Source of the DNA: a virus
Lineage: Duplodnaviria; Heunggongvirae; Uroviricota; Caudoviricetes
Strand: one strand, 5' to 3'
DNA: 64,000 nt
IMG/VR virus record: IMGVR_UViG_3300028048_001412
Span: 109,858-173,857 of that record
Both the position numbers and the translations under genes were made by a program. Below are positions 1-7,991 of this stretch, one piece after another. The number at the start of each line of letters is the position of its first letter. Position 1 is the stretch's first letter. The notes beneath the pieces were generated by a model. It worked only from the letters and a program-made list of their open reading frames with translations, made no database searches and was not told the origin of the DNA.

Positions 1-492
1 ACTTGTATAAAACATTATGGCATAGAATATTCTTCTCAATCAAAAGAAGTAATAAATAAAATAATAGAATCAAAAAGAAAAAATGGAACATTTAATACAT
101 CAAAACCTGAAGAGAAAATTTACGAAAGATTATGTAAAGATTTCGGAAAAAGAGATATAAAAAGACAATGCAAAGAAGAACGATACCCATATATGGTTGA
201 TTTTTATATTAAATCAAAAGATCTGTTCATAGAGTGTAATTTTTCTTGGACTCATGGAAGTCATTGGTTTAATAAGGATTCAAAAGAAGACAGAAAAATC
301 TTACAAAAATGGAAAGAGAAATCTGAAAATTCAGATTTTTATAAAAATGCAATAAAGACATGGTCGAAAAAAGATGTAGAAAAGCGAGATATTGCAAATA
401 AAAATAAACTTAACTATGTAGTATTCTGGATCGAAGGTGATTATGATAAATGGAAAAATAAAAAATATCCTAATAAATTTCAAAATAAATAA
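1..492 (+). CDS. Putative homing endonuclease (paralog family A), 5'-truncated at window edge; C-terminal Vsr/DUF559-like PD-(D/E)xK nuclease domain
   Basis: Frame 1 is open from nt 1. C-terminus RYPYMVDFYIKSKDLFIECNFSWTHGSHWF ... KRDIANKNKLNYVVFW is about 80% nt-identical to the C-termini of 6598..7980, 17541..18503 and 25338..26462. The xECNFxWTHGxHW motif resembles the Vsr DGCFWHGH motif. Confidence 0.6.
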   Translation, partial: TCIKHYGIEYSSQSKEVINKIIESKRKNGTFNTSKPEEKIYERLCKDFGKRDIKRQCKEERYPYMVDFYIKSKDLFIECNFSWTHGSHWFNKDSKEDRKILQKWKEKSENSDFYKNAIKTWSKKDVEKRDIANKNKLNYVVFWIEGDYDKWKNKKYPNKFQNK

Positions 493-493
493 A

Positions 494-506
494 GTATAAT
501 ATAAAT
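494..506 (+). promoter_or_regulatory. GTATAATATAAAT phage promoter-like motif
   Basis: One instance of a motif recurring at least 13 times upstream of + strand genes. Confidence 0.4.
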
Positions 507-545
507 GGAAACACATATCAAAAAACAAAGGAGAATTGAAAAATA

Positions 546-1277
546 ATGATTAAGGAATGTAAAAACTGTTGGTATTTTACAAAATGTCAACAAAAAGACA
601 AAATGGAAACTGTATGTCTAGAATATGAACATACTTTAAAAGGATTTAAGAATTCTAATATTCCTCCTGTTTTATGGAGTAGTAGATCAATCAAAATAGA
701 TCCTAACAATAAAAAACATCAAGAATTAAAAGCATTAGTTAGTGATATGAATGAACTTTACAATAATAATAGAAATATTCTCCTTTATACTCATAATCAA
801 TACGGAGATAATTTAAATGGTTGGATGATTAAAACTCTTCAAAATTATATCTTTGCTTTTAGAAAATATCAATTCAATAATGAGAACGAAAATAGTGTAT
901 TTTATATAGATGCAGGTAAATTTAAAGAGATATGTCAATTACAAGTAGATAATAAAGAATTATTTTTATCTACTATAAATAAAATGCAAGGTTGTGAATT
1001 ATTAGGAATAGACAACATAGATAAGTTAAAAGGATTAAAGAATTTTAACTTTCAAGAGAAATTAGTAAATATATTAGAATATAGACAATACAGAAAACAT
1101 AAATCTAATATATTTACTTCACATATTCCTCCTTCATTATTAGATGCTAAAAATAATGATGAATGGAATTCATGGATAAATTATTTAACTAGATTTATTC
1201 TTAAAGATGGTATAAATGGACAATATGAAATTGAAGAAGATGGTGAAAATAGTTATAATGCAGGAGGTCAAGAATAA
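546..1277 (+). CDS. Hypothetical protein; stop overlaps the helicase start (TAATG), possible helicase-associated or loader protein
   Basis: 243-aa ORF with an AAGGAG RBS. Translational coupling to the DnaB-like gene. No recognisable motifs. Confidence 0.45.
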   Translation: MIKECKNCWYFTKCQQKDKMETVCLEYEHTLKGFKNSNIPPVLWSSRSIKIDPNNKKHQELKALVSDMNELYNNNRNILLYTHNQYGDNLNGWMIKTLQNYIFAFRKYQFNNENENSVFYIDAGKFKEICQLQVDNKELFLSTINKMQGCELLGIDNIDKLKGLKNFNFQEKLVNILEYRQYRKHKSNIFTSHIPPSLLDAKNNDEWNSWINYLTRFILKDGINGQYEIEEDGENSYNAGGQE

Positions 1278-2731
1278 TGAGTGAGATAAGAACAGAAAGA
1301 AATAATTCTGAATTAAAAATTCTTACTAAAATTATAAAAGATAAAGATTATAATATTCTTTCTGAAAATAATTTAACAAAGAATGATTTTAAAGATTATT
1401 TTGTTAAAGAAGGCCAGAAATTATATTTAATTTCAGATATAGTAGATTATATTGACTCTTATTATAAAACCTCTTCTCAAGTTCCAGACGAAACTACTAT
1501 TAAAACTAAATTTCCATTACTTGAATTAAATAATGATGATTATTCTAGTGAAAATAAAACATTTATAGATAATTTGAAGAAATTAAATAAAGATGATGAT
1601 TTAATAAATGCAATGACTCAAGCTAATAGAATTCATCAAACTAAAGGTGCAAGAGATGCTATTAGTTTTCTTCAAGGAGAATTGGAAAAGTTAGAAGGTA
1701 GAGGTTCTGAAGTTAAAGGATATGACTTAATTCAAAATGTAGATGACAGAATTAATGAATATGAAGAATTATTAAAAAATCCAAATAAAGCATTTGTAAC
1801 TACTGGATTAAAAGAATTAGATAATTGCATTAAAGGTTGGTTAAGAGATGAAGAATTAGTTCTTATTCAAGGTAGATCTGGTCAATCTAAAACATTCTTC
1901 TTATTAAAGTTTTTATGGGAAGCATTTGCTAGAGGAGAAAATGTTTTATTATTTGAACCAGAAATGTCTTCTAAAGTTATTGGATATAGATTAGACGTAT
2001 TAGCAGATGATAATCATGAGATATCTAATTTTTCTTTATTAAGAGGTGAAAGATTTATAGATGCTAATAAATATAAAGCTTGTTGTGCTAGATTAAAAGA
2101 ACATAAGAATCATTTCTATTATTTATGTCCTGATGATTTTGAAGATGGTTTAACTGTTTCTCAATTAAAAGCTTGGTGTAAAAAGAATAAAATTACTATA
2201 GTGGGAATAGATGGTATTGAAATTCCTGATATTATAGATGAAAGAAAAGGTTTCAAGGACGAAGAACACCTTCAGTTAACACATATAGCCGCTGATCTTC
2301 TTAGGATGTCTAAAACTTTAAAAGTTCCTGTTATTGTTACTACTCAAGCTAAAAGAACTGATAAGAAAGAAGAGTTAAGTATTAATACTATTGGCTCTTC
2401 CTACGGCATGGCGAGAAAATGCACCATCATGATTACAATTAAGAAAGAAGATAGAGAAGTAGAAATAAGAATTGAAAAGAGTAGAAATAGTACTGATAAT
2501 CAAGTTCTTAATTACAAGGTTGATCTCGATAAAGGTATATTTGAATGGGATGGAATGCCTACAATAGATGAACAAACAAATCAATCTATAAATAATAGAG
2601 AGGCTCAACCTATAACAGACGTAGATAAGGATAAGTCAGGAATAACAGAAGAGAATATAAAATTTACAGACGAGAATGGCAAACCTTACGGAGAAGATGT
2701 CTTTCTAGATGGAGGAAAAGGATTAGAATAA
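1277..2731 (+). CDS. DnaB-like replicative DNA helicase
   Basis: Walker A GRSGQSKT, and the RecA-fold C-terminal domain motif VPVIVTTQAKR (compare DnaB SQLNR). 484 aa. Confidence 0.7.
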   Translation: MSEIRTERNNSELKILTKIIKDKDYNILSENNLTKNDFKDYFVKEGQKLYLISDIVDYIDSYYKTSSQVPDETTIKTKFPLLELNNDDYSSENKTFIDNLKKLNKDDDLINAMTQANRIHQTKGARDAISFLQGELEKLEGRGSEVKGYDLIQNVDDRINEYEELLKNPNKAFVTTGLKELDNCIKGWLRDEELVLIQGRSGQSKTFFLLKFLWEAFARGENVLLFEPEMSSKVIGYRLDVLADDNHEISNFSLLRGERFIDANKYKACCARLKEHKNHFYYLCPDDFEDGLTVSQLKAWCKKNKITIVGIDGIEIPDIIDERKGFKDEEHLQLTHIAADLLRMSKTLKVPVIVTTQAKRTDKKEELSINTIGSSYGMARKCTIMITIKKEDREVEIRIEKSRNSTDNQVLNYKVDLDKGIFEWDGMPTIDEQTNQSINNREAQPITDVDKDKSGITEENIKFTDENGKPYGEDVFLDGGKGLE

Positions 2732-3804
2732 TGAAAATTACAGATAAATATATTTTAGAAGAAATGTTGGATTCTGTAAATTCTCCTAATGGAAGAAAAG
2801 CAATAGATACAATATTAAAAGGAAAACCATTACAATTATTCTATTGGAGTAGAAATGATGACGGAAAGAAAACTACTTATGAATTAATGGATGGACAACA
2901 AAGAACTCTATCTATTATGCAATTTTTAGACCATAAATTTAGTATTTTAGATGCAAATGGAAATACTCAATATGAAAATACTATATCAAAAGAAGATAAA
3001 GATAAGATTTTAGATTATGATTTATCAGTTTATATATGCGAAGGAACAGATCAAGAAAAATTAGAATGGTTTAATACAATAAATATAGCAGGATTAAAAT
3101 TAACAGATCAAGAATTAAGAAATGCAGTATATACAGGACCTTGGTTAACAGATGCGAAGTTACACTTTAGTAAACGAAATTGTGCCGGATATAAATTAAC
3201 TGAAAAATATTTTAACGGAGATCCAGCAAGACAAGAATTATTAGAGAAATTCTTAAAAGGAATAATAGAAAAAGAAGGATTAAAAACAATAGAAGATTAT
3301 ATGGCTCAACATAGAAATGATAAAGATGCAGATGAATTATGGCAATATGCAAACGATATAATCAATTGGATAAATAAAACTTTCACAAATTATAGAAAAA
3401 TAATGGATGGATTAGATTGGTGTCATTTATATAATAAATATCATCAAAATACATATAATACTCAAGATATAGAAAAAACAATAGATAAATTAATGAAAGA
3501 TGAAGATATAGAGAAAAAGAAAGGCATTTATGAATATGTATTAGATGATAAAAATCCATTCCGTGAGAAATATCTGAATTTGAGAGCCTTTCTAGATAAA
3601 GATCAACAAACAGCATATGAAAAACAAAAAGGAATATGTCCAATATGTGGAAAACATTTTAATAAAGATGAAATGGAAGCAGATCATATAATTCCTTGGA
3701 GTAAAGGAGGTTCAACAGATATAAATAACCTTCAAATGCTATGTAAATCTTGTAATAGACAAAAATCATCAGGAAATGCACCTAAAACTACTAAAAAGAA
3801 ATAA
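2731..3804 (+). CDS. DUF262 (ParB/Srx-like, DGQQR) + DUF1524/HNH nuclease fusion, GmrSD-like type IV restriction-like protein
   Basis: N-terminal DGQQRTLSI motif. C-terminal EADHIIPWSKGGSTDINNLQMLCKSCNRQKS HNH motif. Start overlaps the helicase stop (TAATG). Confidence 0.7.
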   Translation: MKITDKYILEEMLDSVNSPNGRKAIDTILKGKPLQLFYWSRNDDGKKTTYELMDGQQRTLSIMQFLDHKFSILDANGNTQYENTISKEDKDKILDYDLSVYICEGTDQEKLEWFNTINIAGLKLTDQELRNAVYTGPWLTDAKLHFSKRNCAGYKLTEKYFNGDPARQELLEKFLKGIIEKEGLKTIEDYMAQHRNDKDADELWQYANDIINWINKTFTNYRKIMDGLDWCHLYNKYHQNTYNTQDIEKTIDKLMKDEDIEKKKGIYEYVLDDKNPFREKYLNLRAFLDKDQQTAYEKQKGICPICGKHFNKDEMEADHIIPWSKGGSTDINNLQMLCKSCNRQKSSGNAPKTTKKK

Positions 3805-3829
3805 CTCCAATAAATTTATCATTTTTAAA

Positions 3830-3841
3830 GTATAATATAAT
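3830..3841 (+). promoter_or_regulatory. GTATAATATAAT motif 3 nt before the primase ATG
   Basis: Motif instance. No SD between the motif and the ATG at 3845. Confidence 0.35.
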
Positions 3842-3844
3842 AAG

Positions 3845-4813
3845 ATGATAAAATTCAACGTGAAAATAGAACAATTCCTAAATGATTTAAGAAGAGAAAG
3901 TGGAAAAGACATATTCAACAACGTCAAACAAAGAGGAGATGATTATCAATGTAGTTGTCCATTTCATAAAGATATAAAACCATCATTTGGAATAAATAAA
4001 GATGGAATATGGCATTGTTTTAGTTGCGGAGAAAAAGGAAATGCTATTCAATTAGTTCAGAAAATATTAGATATTGATAACTATAAAATAGCTGAAAAAT
4101 GGATAGAAGATAAATATTATAAGTTTATTCTTGAAACTCCTACTATTCCAACATTAGATTTTACATTAAAAGAAGAAAATAAAATAGAAGTTCCTAAAAA
4201 ACAATATATACCAAAAGAAGAATTAAATAAATATAAATTCTATCATCCTTATATGTATGAACGTAAATTGACTAATCAAATTATTCAAATGTTTGATATA
4301 GGTTATGATAAAGATTTTATACTAGAAAAGAAAGATCCAAATGGAAATATTAAATACGATCATTTTGGACCTGCTATTACATTTCCAGTTAAAGATATAA
4401 ATGGAAATATTTTATTTATAGCTAGAAGATGTATAAATAATAAGATATTTCATTATCCTGATGGAGCAGAAAAACCTTTATATGGTGTTTATGAATTATT
4501 TAAATATCATAAAGACGTTAAACAAATATGGGTCTGTGAATCAATTTTAGATTCGCTCTATCTATGGACTCAAAATAGAGTTGCAGTAGCATTAAACGGA
4601 TTAGGAAGTTCAGAACAATATAGAGAATTAGAATCATTAGGAATAAAAGAAATGATTTTAGCATTAGATAATGATAAAGCAGGTGAAATAGGAACCAGAG
4701 GAATAATAGATAATGTTAAAAATGTGTATTTTAGAAGAGCTATTTTACCTGAAAATCGTAAAGATATCAATGAATGTACAGAAGAAGAGATAAAAAATTT
4801 AAAAATAGTGTAA
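3845..4813 (+). CDS. DNA primase (DnaG-like: CHC2 zinc finger + Toprim)
   Basis: CSCPFHKDIKPSFGINKDGIWHCFSCGEKGNAIQLV zinc-binding motif. Toprim-like ESILDSL...ALDNDKAGE. Confidence 0.8.
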   Translation: MIKFNVKIEQFLNDLRRESGKDIFNNVKQRGDDYQCSCPFHKDIKPSFGINKDGIWHCFSCGEKGNAIQLVQKILDIDNYKIAEKWIEDKYYKFILETPTIPTLDFTLKEENKIEVPKKQYIPKEELNKYKFYHPYMYERKLTNQIIQMFDIGYDKDFILEKKDPNGNIKYDHFGPAITFPVKDINGNILFIARRCINNKIFHYPDGAEKPLYGVYELFKYHKDVKQIWVCESILDSLYLWTQNRVAVALNGLGSSEQYRELESLGIKEMILALDNDKAGEIGTRGIIDNVKNVYFRRAILPENRKDINECTEEEIKNLKIV

Positions 4814-4830
4814 ATTTTTATAAAAAATAG

Positions 4831-4842
4831 GTATAATATAAT
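4831..4842 (+). promoter_or_regulatory. GTATAATATAAT motif upstream of HD-domain gene
   Basis: Motif instance, followed by an AAGGAG RBS and the ATG at 4898. Confidence 0.4.
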
Positions 4843-4897
4843 TATATAAAAGATCTGGGTAAAAATAGCCAGGGAAACAAATAAGGAGAAAATATCA

Positions 4898-5527
4898 ATG
4901 GAAACAACTTTAACAAAAGAAATTATGAATCAAAACAAAGAGAGATTTATTTCTCTTTTACAGAAAGCCGGTGAACTAGAACCTAAAAAGAAACCAGGAA
5001 TTGATAGGTTACTTAATTGGTTAGAGGGGACCGACTTTTATTATGCTCCAGCTTCTACTAAATATCATGGCAATTATGAAGGTGGATTATGTGAGCATTC
5101 TATTAAAGTATATGATAATTTGTGTACTTTAAATACTGCTTTTAATGAAGATATGAAAGAGTATGATATAATTATATGTGCTCTTTTACATGATCTTTGT
5201 AAAATTGATTTCTATAAGAAAGTAGTTAAAGGTGCTTATAAGAAAGATGAAAATGGCGCTACTATTCAACCTAAAGTTTGGGAAGAAAAAGAAGTTTATG
5301 ATTATGGTGAGGAGAAAACTATATTAGGGCATTCTCCAAAATCAATATTTATAATTCAACATTTCTTCTTACTTTCAGATGAACAAGCAGAAGCAATATA
5401 TGCTCATATGGGTGGAATGGAATGTAGTGATCAAATGGAGAAGAATACTTATTCTAAAATATATAATAAGAATAAGTTAGCTTTCTATCTTCATTTAGCA
5501 GATTATAAACAAGCATATTATGGTTAA
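4898..5527 (+). CDS. HD-domain phosphohydrolase (YfbR-like 5'-deoxynucleotidase?)
   Basis: HD motif ICALLHDLCK with upstream His residues. 209 aa. Confidence 0.6.
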   Translation: METTLTKEIMNQNKERFISLLQKAGELEPKKKPGIDRLLNWLEGTDFYYAPASTKYHGNYEGGLCEHSIKVYDNLCTLNTAFNEDMKEYDIIICALLHDLCKIDFYKKVVKGAYKKDENGATIQPKVWEEKEVYDYGEEKTILGHSPKSIFIIQHFFLLSDEQAEAIYAHMGGMECSDQMEKNTYSKIYNKNKLAFYLHLADYKQAYYG

Positions 5528-5939
5528 AAATTAGAAGTTCAATGAACTACCATTAACCTAAAGGTATAATGGCTTCCGTTAAATAGTTCATTAGACTCAG
5601 TTTTGAGAAATCTTAACTACGTTAGAAAAATCATAACACCTTCGATTACCGGACTAGATTGAAGCTCTGTTGAATATTTTTAAGTTAGGTCGGAGTAAGA
5701 AAAGCCTTGTGAAATATTTGTAAAAAGTTTTTCTAACGTTGTCGAAGTCAAGTAGGATTTTTGATTTGGTAACAGAATCAAAATACTCATTAAGGTTTTA
5801 AGTCTTGAACCTGCTTGCAGCAAAAATCAAGACTATTTCAAAAATTATCTTTCAATTCATCTATTTGTCTAAAGACTAAATAGTTTTCTTGAAAGAAAAA
5901 ATATAAAAAATTGTATTCTAAAAAGGAGAAAAAACAGTT
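5528..5939 (+). other. 412-nt non-coding region, GC-richer than surroundings, multiple nested inverted repeats; candidate structured RNA / regulatory leader / origin
   Basis: No ORF. Hairpins include CCATTAACCTAAAGGTATAATGG, AGTCTTGA...TCAAGACT and AACGTTAGAAAA...TTTTCTAACGTT. The first 40 nt are shared with 56991-57030. Confidence 0.4.
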
Positions 5940-6521
5940 ATGAAAATAGCAATGATGAATGACAAAATGTTGCAATTAGATGATTGCAGTATTATTTTCA
6001 AGAATTTTTCAGGAAAAGCAGGAATGTACAATAAGGAAGGAGATAAGAATTTCTGTATTAAGGTAGATGAGGAATTAATATCTCAATTGGAAAACTGCAA
6101 GAACAAAGATGGTAAGGGTTGGAATGTAAAACTTTATACTCCAAAGCCAGATGATAAGTTTAAGGATAAGGATTTAACTCCATTCCACTATCTTAAGGTT
6201 AAAATTGGTAATGGTAATATTCCAGTTCAAATTGAAATTGATGGCGTTACTTCAGTTTGTCAAGATATTACTTCTTTAGATGGATTGCATATAGACCATG
6301 CAGACGTAGATTTGAGCGCATATGATGGTATCGTTAATGGAGCACCTTTTAGAGCCGCTTACTTAAAAGGAATGAAGGTATATGCAACTAGAAGTTCAAG
6401 ATTTGACACAATAGGAATGACTCCTTCAACTCCAGTATCAAATAATGCAACAGCACCAGTAACACCACAAGAAGCATTAGGTGATGACTATGAAAATTTA
6501 GACAATGTAGAGATTGTCTAG
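5940..6521 (+). CDS. Hypothetical protein; candidate single-stranded DNA-binding protein (acidic C-terminal tail)
   Basis: Strong AAAAGGAGAAAA RBS. Acidic tail EALGDDYENLDNVEIV. Followed by an intrinsic terminator. Sits in the replication module. Confidence 0.3.
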   Translation: MKIAMMNDKMLQLDDCSIIFKNFSGKAGMYNKEGDKNFCIKVDEELISQLENCKNKDGKGWNVKLYTPKPDDKFKDKDLTPFHYLKVKIGNGNIPVQIEIDGVTSVCQDITSLDGLHIDHADVDLSAYDGIVNGAPFRAAYLKGMKVYATRSSRFDTIGMTPSTPVSNNATAPVTPQEALGDDYENLDNVEIV

Positions 6522-6536
6522 TTAAAAAATAAATAA

Positions 6537-6575
6537 GAAAGAGGGATTTTAATAATCTCTCTTTCTCTTTTTATT
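6537..6575 (+). terminator. Rho-independent terminator
   Basis: GAAAGAGGGATT/AATCTCTCTTTC hairpin followed by a T-run. Confidence 0.6.
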
Positions 6576-6597
6576 TATATAAAAGGAAAATAAAATT

Positions 6598-7980
6598 TTG
6601 AAAATTAATGATGAATATATTATTAAAATATTTACTAGAAAAGATAATAGAATAGATAGCCATAAATGTAATGATAAATGGTTGAATGAAAATATAGAAA
6701 TCAAAAAATATTTAGAATCTCGATTTGATTATTTCAATGGAAAATATTCAGATGTAATAAATCTTATAAAAAATAAAGTTAAAGAATGGCCTAAATGCCC
6801 GATTTGTAAAGAATATTTAAATCATCCTGAAAATAAGCATTGTTCTTATGCTTGCGAACAAAAAGATCCTTTAGTTAATGATAAAAAGAAAAATACTTAT
6901 TTAAATAATTATGGTGTAGAACATCCTTTAAAATCAAAAGAAATAAAGAAAAAAATAAAACAGACTAATTTGCAAAAATATGGAGTAGAAAATCCTTCTC
7001 AAAACGAAGAAATTAAAGAGAAGAAAAGACAAACTAGTTTAAAAAATTATGGAGTTGATAATCCATTTAAATCTGAAGATATTAAAGAAAAAATAAAAGA
7101 AATAAATTTACAAAGATATGGATTTGAAAATGTCTTTCAAAATGAACAAATAAGACAAAAATATAAAAGCACATGTAAAGAAAAATACGGTGTAGAAAAT
7201 CCATCTCAATCTGAAAAAATAAAGAAAAAGAAAGAAAATACTAATTTAAAAAACATAGGATTCAAAAATCCATTACAATCAGAAGAAATAAAGAAAAAAG
7301 TAAAAAATACTAACTTACAAAAATACGGTGTAGAAAATCCATCTCAATTGGAAGAAATTAAGAAGAAAAAAGAAGATTCTTGTCTGAAACATTATGGAGT
7401 AAAGAGTCCATTACAATCGGAAGAAGTAAAAGAGAAAAGTAAAAAAACATGTCTTAAAAAATATGGAGTTGAAGTAGCAGCTAAATCAGAAATAGTAAAA
7501 GAGAAATTATCAAAAACTCTTTCAACTATGGAATCAAAAGAAAAACAATATAATACCAAAAAGAAAAATAATTCCTTTAATACTTCAAAACCCGAAGAAG
7601 AAATATATGAAAAATTATGTAAACAATTAGGAAAAAATAATATTTTAAGAAATTATAATAAAGATTCTAGATATCCGTTTATGGTGGATTTCTACATTAA
7701 ATCAAAAGATCTATTCATTGAATGTAATTTTAACTGGACACATGGTGAACATTGGTTTAATGAAAACTCTAAAAGCGATTTAAAAATTTCACAAAAATGG
7801 AACGAAAAATCTAAAGATTCAGATTTTTATAAAATAGCATTAAAAGTATGGACAGTAAAAGATGTAGAAAAACGAGATACTGCCAATAAAAACGGATTAA
7901 ATTACATAGTATTTTGGAAAGAATCTGATTATGAAAAGTGGATTAGTAAAGGATGTCCAAAGAAATTTCAAAATAAATAG
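6598..7980 (+). CDS. Putative homing endonuclease (family A): N-terminal Cys/His zinc finger, nine tandem ~25-aa YGVENPxQSEEIKKK repeats, C-terminal Vsr/DUF559-like nuclease; TTG start
   Basis: N-terminus KINDEYIIKIF shared with 17541 and 25338. CPICKEYLNHPENKHCSYAC zinc finger. Repeats from aa ~98-305. C-terminus DFYIKSKDLFIECNFNWTHGEHWF. Confidence 0.65.
   Translation: MKINDEYIIKIFTRKDNRIDSHKCNDKWLNENIEIKKYLESRFDYFNGKYSDVINLIKNKVKEWPKCPICKEYLNHPENKHCSYACEQKDPLVNDKKKNTYLNNYGVEHPLKSKEIKKKIKQTNLQKYGVENPSQNEEIKEKKRQTSLKNYGVDNPFKSEDIKEKIKEINLQRYGFENVFQNEQIRQKYKSTCKEKYGVENPSQSEKIKKKKENTNLKNIGFKNPLQSEEIKKKVKNTNLQKYGVENPSQLEEIKKKKEDSCLKHYGVKSPLQSEEVKEKSKKTCLKKYGVEVAAKSEIVKEKLSKTLSTMESKEKQYNTKKKNNSFNTSKPEEEIYEKLCKQLGKNNILRNYNKDSRYPFMVDFYIKSKDLFIECNFNWTHGEHWFNENSKSDLKISQKWNEKSKDSDFYKIALKVWTVKDVEKRDTANKNGLNYIVFWKESDYEKWISKGCPKKFQNK
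6889..7520 (+). repeat. Nine tandem ~75-nt coding repeats (TxLxKYGVENPxQSEEIKKKxKx)
   Basis: Periodic repeats are visible at both the protein and nucleotide level inside 6598..7980. Confidence 0.7.
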
Positions 7981-7991
7981 GGATAAAATAA

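Noticed and set aside
5528-5939. Group I intron hypothesis for the structured GC-richer non-coding region
   Set aside because: The upstream HD-domain ORF terminates cleanly and the downstream ORF has its own strong RBS and start. There is no evidence of a split host gene, and no obvious P7 (GACUA...) core was recognised by eye. Kept as a structured leader/ncRNA candidate instead.
6889-7520. Possible CRISPR array suggested by regular ~75-nt periodic repeats
   Set aside because: The repeats are in frame inside a long ORF and encode a conserved peptide repeat. There are no spacer-like unique segments and no cas genes nearby.
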